A DNA stretch of 64,000 bases, taken from assembly GCA_002269645.1 (NCBI GenBank), contig NIVC01002578.1, positions 62,001-126,000 of the forward strand, read 5' to 3'. Shown here piece by piece: positions 29,801 through 41,939 of this stretch. Positions within the stretch are counted from its first letter, which is position 1. The number at the start of each line of letters is the position of its first letter. The translations under genes were made by a program, and so were the position numbers. The notes beneath the pieces are model-generated. The model saw nothing but the letters and a program-made list of their open reading frames with translations, did no database searches and was not told the origin of the DNA. This stretch comes from Macrostomum lignano (taxonomy: Eukaryota).

Positions 29801-32800
29801 GCCCGCTTTTATTCACCCGACTTAATGCTGTAGGACTGAACTCCATGACCTCCGGTATCCGTGTCCGTTGCTGTAAAGCTCGCCAACTTCGTACCGACGG
29901 CCGTGCTCTCAGCCACCGATATTGACGTGTTGGCGAATGTTGGCGTCATCTCGTTGACAGGCGTCACGGCGATCCGCACCGTAGCGTCGGCGGTTCGAGA
30001 AAATGTTCCGCGGTCCGTGGTTCGCACCGTGAACTCGTAAGAAGTTGTAGTTTCATAGTCAATTGCTGGTAAAGGATTCAGTTGTTGGTGCTTAAACAAG
30101 ATGATATAATTAAAACATAGATTTTCCTTTTTATGACTTCGAAGTAAGTTCGTTCGTGAGCTTCAATTTGCCCTTCTCAATTCGGCCGGCTGTTCTGAGC
30201 TGCGATATAATATCTAAATAAAGCAGATTTACTGTATCGTAGCCTACAATATATTTGAACTGGGATTGCAGCTTAATTAACTACTTTTTTAACTGCAGCT
30301 GCCTTGAAGATTGATCGATGCAAGCCCACACAGCTCCGTACTAACCTCAGCTAACTCTGCTTAACCTGTAGCGCCGGTGGTGCGCAAAATCACTCGGCTA
30401 GGCGCCTGCGATAGAAATGCAAGTGCTTGAGTAGCGCGCGACCATCCACTGTCTTAGCACTGTCTCAACTGAGCTAATGGCTGTACAGTGTACACCTTGA
30501 CATCTTGGAGCGGACTTGGCGTACTTCCAATTATTTCATTTTAACAAAATTGTGATCTACATGTGTTTAAATTACCAATTAAAATAGTAGCTAAGGACAG
30601 AACTAAAGGACTAACGCAAGGACCACTAGGAACACTTCGTTATATAAGGACGTAACACTCTCGATTCGTGTGAAAATAGTTGAAGGCCGATTTTCGTTCT
30701 CGCATACATTAGTGAGATAGAGGAATTGCATGATTTTCAACATAATCTGCTGTTTGCAGAAGCCTAGGGCTATTAATTTCCGAAATTTTGCAGAATGTAA
30801 CCAGAAACACTTAGCTAAATAATGTTATTTCGTGGTTTAGTCATATTTTTGTAGGTTATTTACAATTTTTTTACAACTTATGAGTAGGTAGGCTAGGCCT
30901 ATGACTAAGGAAAAATGTTTATCGACCTGGAACCTAGTAATAAATACTTAATAGACCTATTTGATTGATTTCTGACTGGCCATCTTGTGAGAAAGATATT
31001 TAGACCAAAGTATGCGGGTTCTGTATATGATCTCCAGACTCCGATATATTTTCAGAAACGTCACTAATAAAACTAAGAGCGTATTCACAAAAAATGCGTT
31101 CAAGATTTTCAGCTATTTTATTAATTTTCATTCCTAGACTTGAAGATTTGAATAGTTACCATACACCCAAAAATAGGGTGACTCCATTGTACAGGATTTT
31201 CTTGCATCTACATCTAGTGGGAAACTAAACTAACTGACTTACTTGGTAGGAGACAAAAATCTGAACAATCTGGCGAAAAAAATTAACCTTCTACATGCAA
31301 CCGATTCGGAGATACAGACATTTTAATAATCGGCCTTCAAATATTTTAGCACGATTTGCAAGTGTTGCGTCCTTCTAGTCTAGTAGTCCTTGGACTAACG
31401 TAGTAAAAAGTTGAAAGCGGATTTATAGAAAAACTCGGTCGATACAATTCCATCTAGAATAATGCACTGCGGTAAAGAGGTAAAACCGGAAATTTCTGTG
31501 TAACTGCTTTCTAGTCTCCGCCTCTGATAGCACATAAAGCAGCTTACCGCCGTTACCCTGAATCTCGCCCGTTGTAGTAACTTTGAACGGCACACCAGCC
31601 GACACAATCGAGTAGGTGACGCCAGCTGAATCTGCGTCCTTGCAGTTCACCGAGCCCACAGATGTTCCTACAGCTGTATTTTCTGGCACAGACCAGGAGT
31701 ATAGATAGGTTACACAATATGGCGCATTGTCATCCACATCGCCAACGAAAATAGTGACAGTGGTAGAGCCCGTGCGCTTCGGCGAACCTCGATCCGTTGC
31801 CATAACGACCAGGTCGTAAGAATTAGCCGTCTCGTAGTCAAGCGGTCCGGTTAGAATGATCTTGGAGCAGCTCTGAACTTCGAAGGGTCCAGTGGGTGCT
31901 AAAATGGTGAGTTCATTAAGATTAACACTTTAAGAAAGGGGTGCCAACTTAGGTGCCATACTATAAGCTTTAAATGAAGCGTTTAATCGACATAATTCTC
32001 GACTGAAGCCGAAAGGAATTTTACCAAGATGAGTATTTTTGCTAGTCCAACGCGTCTGAAAAGTTACCTACCCCAGTTGGTTTCGTTAGCTCTGGCTTTT
32101 TGGGGCTTTCATGTCACTAAAAATTTTCTGGAGTGAAATTTTGTTACGAAGTTTTAAGGATATTAAATTGCGAGGATCTTTGAGGAAGCCGAATTTGAGA
32201 ATGTGAATCTTACACGTTTCGAATGCGTTCCTAAAGCAAAGAAATCTTTCACGCTTGACCAAATCTGCGTTAATAATACGAATCCAATATCAAATTATCT
32301 TACATTTAATACTACAATCGACAATGCCATCGGTGCCAACGTCATTGTCCGTAACACCAACGCTGCCCACCGTAGTTCCGGGAGTTGTGGTTGATTCGCT
32401 CAGTCTGGCCGATGAAGTGCACACGCACGAGCCCGTTACTACGGGATCGAAATCGTTGGACAACCGAATGTTAACCTCCACTGTAGCAGTGCTGGCCAGA
32501 TATGGCGACGTGCCGTTGTTGTCTTTGCAGATGATCTTCCGATTTTGATAGAAAAATGTTTTTTAATGAATGCTTGTATGCGGTGTAGACTCGTAGAAGG
32601 ATGAGCACATGCTAGGTAGGGTACGTAGCATTCTATATTATAAACAATTGGTAATTGAGCTGATAAACAGTTTGCTCATACTAGTATGAATTTCTGTTTT
32701 CCAAGTGTCGTAAGACGTTCGATTTGCAAGTAGATAAGCTTTTATATTCGTTACTGAAAACTAACGATCCCTTAAATTCAAAACTTGTTCGGAGATACGG

Positions 32801-35800
32801 CTACAAATAGTTTATTGTGAATTATCACTAATGCATTGACCTTAAAATCATTTACACTTAAGAGAAACTAATTTGATGTTGCTAAACAAATTTACACTTC
32901 CATTTATCCTTGCGGCATCAGAGTTATAAGTCAGTATCAGTTTGCCAGAACTCCAGCAACTATAAACCTGTAATAATAATAACTATTTGTTTCATTAGTG
33001 ACCAAACCTGCAGTAGAAAGATTGTCGGATGATTCGTGCTAGCGTCCGGTTCAATTGTTTTGGCCAATTCGATCACGCTTCGATCGGTTGGTCGAAAACG
33101 AAACACACTATCTGTGTTGCCGCTAGTGATTTCGCAAAGAACTGGCAGACTATTTCGGTCAGGATCAGTAACGGTGAACGGTGACAGCACAGTGGTGTTC
33201 ATGATGCTGTCTGGAATTTGTTTCATTGAAAAATTCAGCATCCATAGTTAGCTATTTTGAAGACAAAAGGACATTTAAGATCGTTGAGACTATGCATGCA
33301 AGAGGATGGCCTCCATTATAATATGAAACATTTGATGCATTACAACAACAACAAAAATATACTTACTCTCGGCTATCGAGGTTTTGTAATAGTAAGACGG
33401 ACTAAACACAGGCGCCATTTCATTTACGTCCGTCAATACGACAGTCAACGACCGAGTTACTGACTGCGCGGGGCTACCCAAATCCGAGCATTTGACCACA
33501 ACATCTGCGTACTGCCAAGACTCAAAGTCCATGGGCTTGGTGCCGACCTTCAGTGCGCCAGTAGTCGAGTCGATGCTGAACGATTCGAGCACATTTGCTG
33601 AGCCTGAATGGAAACAGCCTCAAGTTTATCGCTGAATCGACAGAAATTAGACAGTTTAGTAGATACTTACTATTACTGGTAGCCGAAACTAACGACCAAA
33701 CAATGTTGCTATCAGGCTCAGAAGCTTTATCAGCGTCGCTACCAGTCAGCGTGAACAGAACCGTTCCCACGGTGTCATTTTCTGATACTGTGGCGATGCC
33801 ACTCGCTGGAGTGACGCTCGATATCGTCGGTCTATTGTCGTTCTGTGACATTACGGTCACTGTAACGGTCACTGTGGTGCTTAAGGGTCCCGAAGTGTCG
33901 TTGTCGCGCACCTGGATTATTTGCGATTGTGAATTAAGAACATCGATTTTTAAAAACTATTTGTATCGAAGAATTCATGGATTGGTCAAATTCAAGGTTG
34001 GTTGAAGATGTCGAGGTAGCCAGTTGAAGGGCTGGCCTAGGGGCTAATAGCGGGGCAATTTTGAAACACCTTAGTCATAAAATCTGGATAAGTAATTATA
34101 AGAGTACTGTACGCCATATTTGTCTTGCAAAGTGAAAAAAATTGGAAAAAAGTCTCAAATAGAGTTTTAACCATTGAAATTGAATGTAGACACAAATTTC
34201 ATGAAAACATCAATGCTCCTACCCGAACTTGAAGAATTTCTGGGTTTGCACTTAGCGTGTCGTAATCTCGCGCACCAGCCAGGGTTACAACACCAGATGT
34301 GAGGCCCACTGAGTAGCCAGTAGACGAGCTGGTGAACTCGAATTGCAGGGTTGCATTGGCTCCCTTGTCAATGTCGCTACATGCGGATCCAATATTGGCA
34401 ATCGTGAAGCCACTTGATTCAACATTTTCGGTGATTCGTTTGTTGAATCGACTGCTAGTACACACAGGTGTGTTGTCGTTAATATCTAAGATGCTAGCGC
34501 TCACAGAGGCTGTGCCGACATTTCCACCCAGATCGGTTGCCATCACCAGCAGAGAGGGAAATGCGTCGCTGCTTAATTTGTCCCGATCGATTTTTGAGCC
34601 AACGCTGAAAACGCAAGTCTTTCCTGAGGCGGATACCTGCAGTAATGTAGGTAAATATTTTCAGTATTTTGTCACAAAGGTTCGGTCCGGAGCTTTACTT
34701 TGGGCTCTGATACAATGATTGAGCTTATGCCTTTTTGTTTACATAAAAGGTTACTGGTCTTTACAGCTAATAAAATATAGATCAAAGACTGGCGCTTTAT
34801 TACCGAGAAGTACTCCGACCCGTCACCCTTGACCGAGCAGGTGAGTCGGTCACCAGATGCATCCACCTCCGAATCAACAAACAAAATGTTTGACGACATT
34901 GAGCACTGACTGCCAGCGGAAGCCTCTTCAACGCAGTTGGCTTTGACTACTGTGCTGCCCCCAGTAAAAATTGGAGCAACGTCGTAAACGTTATCGACGC
35001 TTAGCGTCACTGTTGCCGTGATTGACAATGTTCCAGAGGTGTCAGTCGCTCTGTCATCAGGGTTCAAATAAGAATTTTGTTACGGTAGGTAATATTACAG
35101 TAACTATAGACTAACTAGTCAAATTCGATGAAATGAAGTGAAAATAATACGTGCAATTCATCAAAACTCACACAACTTCGCAACTGTATGAAGTCTTCGT
35201 TTCATAATCAAGCGCTTTCAGCGTTGTAAATGTTACCATGGAGACTGTACCGCTGGTCGGATTGAGCTGAAACGTGTCGCTCGGGCAGTTGGCATCAACC
35301 GTACCGAAAGTCCATGTGGCTGTAGTGTCGGTTCTCAATACTGTCGTTTCGTGCGGCGCTGCCAAGTTCTCTACCAACGACTGGGTAACGGCAATGTTGC
35401 CACTGTCGGCACCTCGACTTGGCGAAGTGAATCTCAAGCCATCTGCGAATCAAATGGTGATTGACAGTTACGCTAAAACTGATACAAAATCTGAGTGCAA
35501 GATCTGTTACAGTAATTATACTAAAAATTAGGCACCACAAAACGATTGAACTCACGATTGAACAGGTGACAACTGGTATCTATCGAACGGGTAACACCAG
35601 TTAACAGGGGCTATAACAGGGTATATCTATCGAACAGGTGACACGACAATGGACTATAACTGGGTAACTATCGAACAGGTGACACGACAATGGACTATAA
35701 CTGGGTAACTATCGAACAGGTGACACGACAATGGACTATAACTGGGTAACTATCGAACAGGTGACACGACAATGGACTATAACTGGGTAACTATCGAACA

Positions 35801-36268
35801 GGTGACACGACAATGGACTATAACTGGGTAACTATCGAACAGGTGACACCACAATGGGCTATAACTGGGTATCTATCGAACAGGTGATACCACAATGGGC
35901 TATAACTGGGTATCTATCGAACAAGGTGACACGACAATGGGCTATAACTGGGTATCTATCGAACAGGTGATACCACAATGGGCTATAACTGGGTATCTAT
36001 CAAACAGGTGACACCACAATGGGCTAAAATTAGGTATCTATCAAACAGGTGACACCACAAGGGCCAAAATTAGGTATCAGTCCAACAGATGAGTTTACAG
36101 TGAATATTGTGGCTGAGACTATAAGAAATTAGTATCGTATTTGATTTAAACATTCGCTAAGCTTTCTGCTGGGTCGTGTGACTTATTTCACTTACCAATT
36201 CCAACGAATGAAAAGATCTCGATGTAAAAAATTAACCAGTAGTATGACTTTATCATATTGGCAATCAT
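14817..36268 (-). CDS. Large non-classical cadherin: signal peptide, 20 EC repeats, Cys-containing juxtamembrane domain, 1 TM, about 84-aa tail; 2436 aa
   Basis: 28 exons in transcription order: 36268-36196, 35442-35172, 35050-34804, 34636-34223, 33911-33671, 33603-33367, 33210-33008, 32535-32304, 31898-31548, 30065-29817, 29728-29586, 29510-29437, 29352-29243, 29041-28652, 26539-26286, 26193-25924, 25497-25179, 24955-24627, 24200-23945, 23623-23330, 22081-21890, 21710-21042, 20668-20346, 20214-20012, 18484-18086, 17909-17718, 15367-15142, 14966-14817. Total 7311 nt and all phases are consistent. Repeated LDRE/LDYE, AxDxG, DxNDNxPxF and DxD motifs. N-terminus MIANMIKSYYWLIFYIEIFSFVGI; TM PWGIAVLALAGLMLVSILALSIWALV. 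Confidence 0.9.
15440..17651. repeat. 23-bp minisatellite GATATGGGTTTTCTGTGAGGGTT, about 95 copies, cadherin intron 26
   Basis: Read directly. Confidence 0.97.
26600..28500 (+). mobile_element. Unclassified insertion in cadherin intron 14, ending in a LINE-like 3' tail
   Basis: Non-repetitive, partly GC-rich 2-kb block in an otherwise short-intron region. CCAAT (about 27313) and TATATA (about 27460) are followed by a pyrimidine tract. The 3' segment GGAATGGGCA...CTGCAGCTAAGTCGAGTAAGT (28411-28487) resembles the 3' end of the LINE at 61342-61410. Confidence 0.45.
35560..36090. repeat. 41-bp minisatellite ATCGAACAGGTGACACGACAATGGACTATAACTGGGTAACT, about 12 copies, cadherin intron 1
   Basis: Read directly; edge copies are degenerate. 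Confidence 0.93.
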
Positions 36269-36508
36269 TAAGTACTTCAATTAGATTTATTCGATTGTAG
36301 AAGCCTTTTAATAAAACTCAAGCTTTTACGCTTTATCTGGATGGATTTACCTATATTTCTTTAGAATGTGACCATGGAAACATGTCAACATTTAGATCCA
36401 ACTTGAAATGTGCAAACACAAATTCACACTTGAAATCGTCTCACAGTTTGTATTGACACTGAGAGTAAGATGTCTTGTCTGCATGTGTTGTGTATCTTTG
36501 GTACTTAC

Positions 36509-36586
36509 CGCGTGAAAGTTTGTTTTCCTATAGCTACTCTCTGCTCAACGCTGATCAAACAATGCAGCCGCAGCCCCATGATTTTT
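36509..36586 (-). other. Putative upstream 5'UTR exon of the cadherin gene, carrying a uORF
   Basis: On the minus strand: acceptor CAG, then AAAAATCATG (ATG at 36579), and a strong donor CG|GTAAGT after 36509. It is not in frame with the signal-peptide exon. Confidence 0.4.
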
Positions 36587-36756
36587 CTGTTTGCAAGCTC
36601 AAACGGTGAAAAGTAAGGAGACTGACAGAACCCTTTTTCCACATCGCTCTTTTATGGATCATTTTCGACGTACATTTAGGAGTCCATTTGATGAGATGCT
36701 GAGCATACATATCAGAAAGAAGTGAATTTGTGACTCTGACTGCATTTATTTTTAAA

Positions 36757-36850
36757 TGATGGCGCCCCTAGTGCTAGCACCCCTGGTTCTGGCGCCCCTG
36801 GTGCTGGCGCCCCTGGTGCTGGCGCCATTGGTGCTGGCGCCCCTGGTACT
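36757..36850. repeat. 15-bp repeat TGGCGCCCCTGGTGC, about 6 copies
   Basis: Read directly; upstream of the cadherin 5' end. Confidence 0.85.
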
Positions 36851-39429
36851 AAAATGTCCTAGTATTTTTCGTCAGAATAAACAAGCTAGGAGAGTAAACT
36901 ATTAAATATATGTGCATGAATAAAACTGCAGCTACAGTATATATTTTATATTATGTGCATACCACAGAGTACACACACACTCTGTTTTTTTATGTTGCCA
37001 CGGTTTTTATGCAGAGCCAAACAGAGGGGTCGATTGAACATTCTGGTGTATTCTGTGGTACATACATGTAACAGCTTCGATCACCTGTCAGAAGATCGAT
37101 CTGGTGTGCTCTTCTGGAATAAAAGAATTCATATATTCATATAAGTAAAAATTTCTGATGGCTAGATGCAGGTTTGGAGTATTTAATCACTATTTTAAGC
37201 TGATTAATTGAATTCTGGTGGCTGAATACTATTGCTGATATCATACGGATGTATATATTATTGCAATACTAATTTCATGCAAACATTTTATACATGTACA
37301 AGAACCTGAACTATATATCACCGTGACAATAGTGGTACTATTCCAGAAAATTCTTTGATTACACACTTCAAATTTTTACAATGGGGTGTCTCTAAGGTTA
37401 ATAGGGCATTAACAAGTAGTAATATTTATTTCTAGGATGAAACGACTCGAAGTAAAAATAGAATATCAAATTTGTCAAAGGTTGCCACGTCGATTTATTT
37501 TTTGTTATAAAACGAAGCAATTAAAGGGAAGTATGAAAATTCTCAATATTTTGCATGTTTTTGCTTGATGCTTGTTAAAATGAATGCTTCCATAAACGTC
37601 TATTTTTAACAACAGTTCATTTGCTCTATTTAAAGAGATCAAGCGTTCAATCGCTCTCTTTCAATCCGTTGACCAATTAACTGTGAACAACACAGGTAAG
37701 CAGTCAAGTTGACTAAATCCTAAAACTTATTTGTCTGTCTCTATATAGTAATACACTAAATTTTTCTTTGCTGTGCTTCGCCTTCGTTTAGTGTATTCGT
37801 TCATGCAAAAGCCTTTTCAATTTCATGCTTTTAAGTTTTATATAATATAATTACATGTATGTAATCATTTCTTTTAATAAATTATATTATTTCTTTATAT
37901 TAATAATAATAACTATTTTAGCAAATTGTTTGTCTTCTAAATAACTACTAATCGATCAATAGCTTTATTTTAAACTTTAATAGTGGTTATCATTGACATA
38001 CTGTACAAGAAAAATACTAAGACTATATTTATCTTATCATAATTATACAATGTGCATGTGGCATAAAAATCTTAAGGATTAAGGACCTTAAGGATTTTGT
38101 TCAAAGCCTTGAAATTGGCAGCATCCATTTATTTTCATTGTTTTTCACCTTAACACAAAATCAAAAACAAATAAAGGTCATTTAAGCCTATTAGTATTAA
38201 TTCTTATTGAGTGGTAATAATAAGAATAATTGTTTATATTTGTCCTAGCTGACAGAGGTGCAACCAATAGCTTAGTTGCAGCTATTGTAGGACATATCTA
38301 AAGCAAAGGCTACATATGGCTGTTCAGTCCATAGACTAGGGAATTGCCATAGCCCATATATATCCTTAATTATCTTAGCTAATGTTGGCACTATAAGGAT
38401 TTAATGTAAATTAAAGAAAGGGAAAGAGCTAGGTGGTGGTTCTTATTTTATGTGGTTAAAAGACAGTGGAGTAAGAAGTAAGGAGAAGTAAATATTATCC
38501 GCCATTGGCACCATTTATTTATAGCTATCAGGAGCATCACCAGAAACTTCTAGAATATTCTGAGCATTATACCAAAACAAATATTAACTATTGATTCCTA
38601 TTAGATTTGCATTAATTGTAGTACTGCCTTACTATAATAAATTATACATTGAATATTTATAAATGCAAGTATTAGAGTTAGTTACTATGAGAAAAAATTT
38701 CAAGAATTTAATTTATACTTTATGGGGAAATTTCTAGAAATAAATAGTTCATAATTAATGCGATCAAACTTTCACGAAGGTCACTACAGCACTACACTAT
38801 ACCCTAGGAATGCCAATTCTAGTTAACCGGTTCACCAACAAACCAGTTTTAGCCCTAAAAACAGTTTTTTTGTCCATTTTCGGTCTGGTTTTTGCACATC
38901 TAAATTATTATGTTAACAATTTTTTAGTGTTTTATTTTATAAACAAGCTAAGATTTCATGTTGCAGTTTATTTTTGAATTGTGATATTGCATATTGTAAT
39001 TAATACAAACTATTTCTATGCAAGATTTGTATCTATTCAACTGTAATTTATAAATTACAAATCATGATTTGTAGATGAAATACTAGCAATCTAGCGCCCC
39101 CTTCGGGGTGGCCAATAAGCAAGGGACGAATCCTTTAAAATGAAAAAAAATTCTTAGGGAGGGGGGCTAGGAATCGAATTCTCATTTTAATTCCAGGCTT
39201 ATGTACCAATAAAACATGCTTGTGCAGAATTTTATAACAGACATTGAAATTCAACCATACTTGCCTTCTTTCAGAGCTACTTCTACCAGTATGCTTCAGT
39301 ACGCTACCAGTACCCTTGTAAGCCTTGACATGTCAGCAATCCCCCCACAAGCCTTAACATATCAACTCCCCCTTGACATCTCAGCGATGCTCCCATAAGC
39401 CTTGAAATCTTAAAAAATCTGTCTACTTT

Positions 39430-39457
39430 CTAACCCTAACCCTAACCCTAACCCTAA
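39430..39457 (-). repeat. Short interstitial telomere-type repeat (TTAGGG) x4
   Basis: CTAACCCTAACCCTAACCCTAACCCTAA on the + strand. Confidence 0.85.
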
Positions 39458-40289
39458 AGCATTGAAATTTCAGTAATTCTCTCTAAGAGTCATTATAGCA
39501 CTACTACAGCATTATAGCGATTCCCTGCAAGCCTCGACATTGTAGGGATTCCCAAATGAATCTCTTAACTTCGACATGAAGCTTCTTTTATTTTTTTACA
39601 TTACGCCTTTTCTATCAGCAAATCCCTCCCGTGAGGAGCCAACAAATAATGTAATAACTTTTTTCTAATAAACTACATGTAGCTTCTGACATTAGCCTTG
39701 ACATCTCATTTATTCCCCCGTGAGCCTTGACATCTCAGCTATAGATAGATAGATAGATAGATTCCCCTCGTAAGCCTTGACATGTCAGCAATGCCCCCCC
39801 ATAAACCTTGAAATCTAAAAAATCCCCTGTTAACCTTGAAACCCGCTAAAATCTAACCCTCAACCCAAACCTGACGTAAACCTAACTTTCACCCAACCTA
39901 AAGCCTTGAAATCACAGCAATTCTTCTTCCCTAAGCCTTGGCATTTAAATGATTTCTTCTTTAAGAATCACAGCACTATAACGATTCCCTCCAAGCTTTG
40001 ACATCGTAGCAATTCCCAAATGAATCTTTTAACTTTGACATGACTTTTATTTTATGTATACATAATGCTCCTTTTATTTTTACATGACTCTTCTTCTATC
40101 AGCGCCCCCCCCCACCGTGGCAAGCCAACAAAGAATACAATAAAAAAAACTTAACTAAAGTACATGTACTTTGAAGTAGCTTCTGACTTTTGCTTTAACA
40201 TCTCAGAAACCCCCCTGTAATCTCAGTTATTCTCTGTGAGCCTTGACGTCTCAGTAATTCTCCCCAACACAGCACTATAGCTTCATTTA

Positions 40290-41500
40290 ATTTTTATATG
40301 ACACTTCTTTCATGTCTGACATGACGCTTCTTTTGATTTTTACATGACGATTCTTTTATTCTTCCATGATGCTTCTTAATTTTTTAAATGACACTTTCAT
40401 TAGTTTTTATATGAGGCTTCTATGATTTTTTCATGACGCTTCTATGTTAACATGACTCTTCTATGCTTGTTTACATGACGCTTTTATGATTGTTTACATG
40501 ACGCTTCTATGATTGTTTACATGACGCTTGTATGATTGTTTACATGACGCTTCTATGATTTTTTACATGACGCTTCTATGATTTTTACATGACGCTTCTA
40601 TGATTTTTACATGACACTTCTATGATTTTTTCATGACGCTTCTATGATTTTTACATGACGCTTCTATGATTGTTTACATGACGCTTCTATGATTTTTTAT
40701 GATGCTTGTATGATTGTTTACATGACGCTTCTATGATTGTTTACATGACGCTTCTATGATTTTTTATGACGCTTTTATGATTGTTTACATGACGCTTCTA
40801 TGATTGTTTACATGACGCTTCTATGATTGTTTACATGACGCTTCTATGATTTTTTATGACGCTTTTATGATTGTTTACATGACGCTTGTATGATTGTTTA
40901 CATGACGCTTCTATGATTTTTACATGACGCTTCTATGATTTTTACATGACGCTTCTATGATTTTTTACATGACGCTTGTATGATTGTTTACATGACGCTT
41001 TTATGATTGTTTACATGACGCTTCTATGATTTTTACATGACGCTTCTATGATTTTTACATGACGCTTGTATGATTGTTTACATGACGCTTCTATGATTTT
41101 TTATGACGCTTTTATGATTTTAACATGACGCTTCTATGATTTTTTTACATGACGCTTCTATGATTGTTTACATGACGCTTGTATGATTGTTTACATGACG
41201 CTTGTATGATTTTAACATGACGCTTCTATGATTGTTTACATTACGCTTCTATGATTGCTTGCATGACGCTTCTATGATTTTTTATGACGCTTTTATGATT
41301 TTAACATGACGCTTCTATGATTTTTTTACATGACGCTTCTATGATTGTTTACATGACACTTGTATGATTGTTTACATGACGCTTTTACGATTTTAACATG
41401 ACGCTTCTATGATTGTTTACATTACGCTTCTATGATTGCTTGCATGACGCTTCTATGATTTTTTACATAACGATTCTATGATTTTTTACATTACGCTTCC
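40290..41500. repeat. 21-23-bp minisatellite ACATGACGCTTCTATGATT(G)TTT
   Basis: Read directly. Confidence 0.93.
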
Positions 41501-41559
41501 ATAATTTTTTTTGTCTTGGCGTTAAAAAGCTTTAATTAAAAAAAACTCTACTCTCTAAA

Positions 41560-41622
41560 AATTCGAACCATCGTCCCTGCATTTAGCAGTTTAGTCTGTT
41601 TACCTCTAGGCTAGCTCTCATA
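41560..41622 (-). pseudogene. tRNA-derived (Ser-GCT-like) Pol III head, copy A; SINE-like or pseudo-tRNA
   Basis: Minus strand ATGAGAGCTAGCCTAGAGGTAAACAGACTAAACTGCTAAATGCAGGGACGATGGTTCGAAT: A-box-like TAGCCTAGAGG, CTGCTAA loop and B-box GGTTCGAAT. No acceptor-stem partner. Confidence 0.6.
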
Positions 41623-41654
41623 AATTTTAGTCATTACCCCTAAATAGAAAATAT

Positions 41655-41905
41655 TCCCAAGACAGCAAGCATCCCCCAGTAGCAAGCATCCCCTAATACT
41701 CCTAGCAAGCATCTACCCAGATAGCAAGCATCTGCAGATAGCAAGCATCTGCAGATAGCAAGCATCTTGCAGATAGCAAGCATACCCCAAATAATGTAGA
41801 AGCATCCTTCCAGATAGCAAGCATCCCCCAAATAATGTAGAAGCATCCTTCCAGATAGCAAGCATCCTGCACATAGCAAGAATCCCTAAATAGCAAGCAT
41901 CCCTG
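41655..41905. repeat. Degenerate AGATAGCAAGCATC(C/T) repeat cluster
   Basis: Read directly; a related short stretch occurs at about 46660-46720. Confidence 0.85.
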
Positions 41906-41939
41906 GATAGAAATAATCCTATACATGTAGCCAAGCTTA

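Noticed and set aside
17649-35555. Plus-strand and alternate-frame ORFs overlapping cadherin exons (e.g. 21001-21375, 23449-23769, 33595-34005, 35295-35555)
   Set aside because: They are antisense or shifted shadows of the cadherin coding exons.
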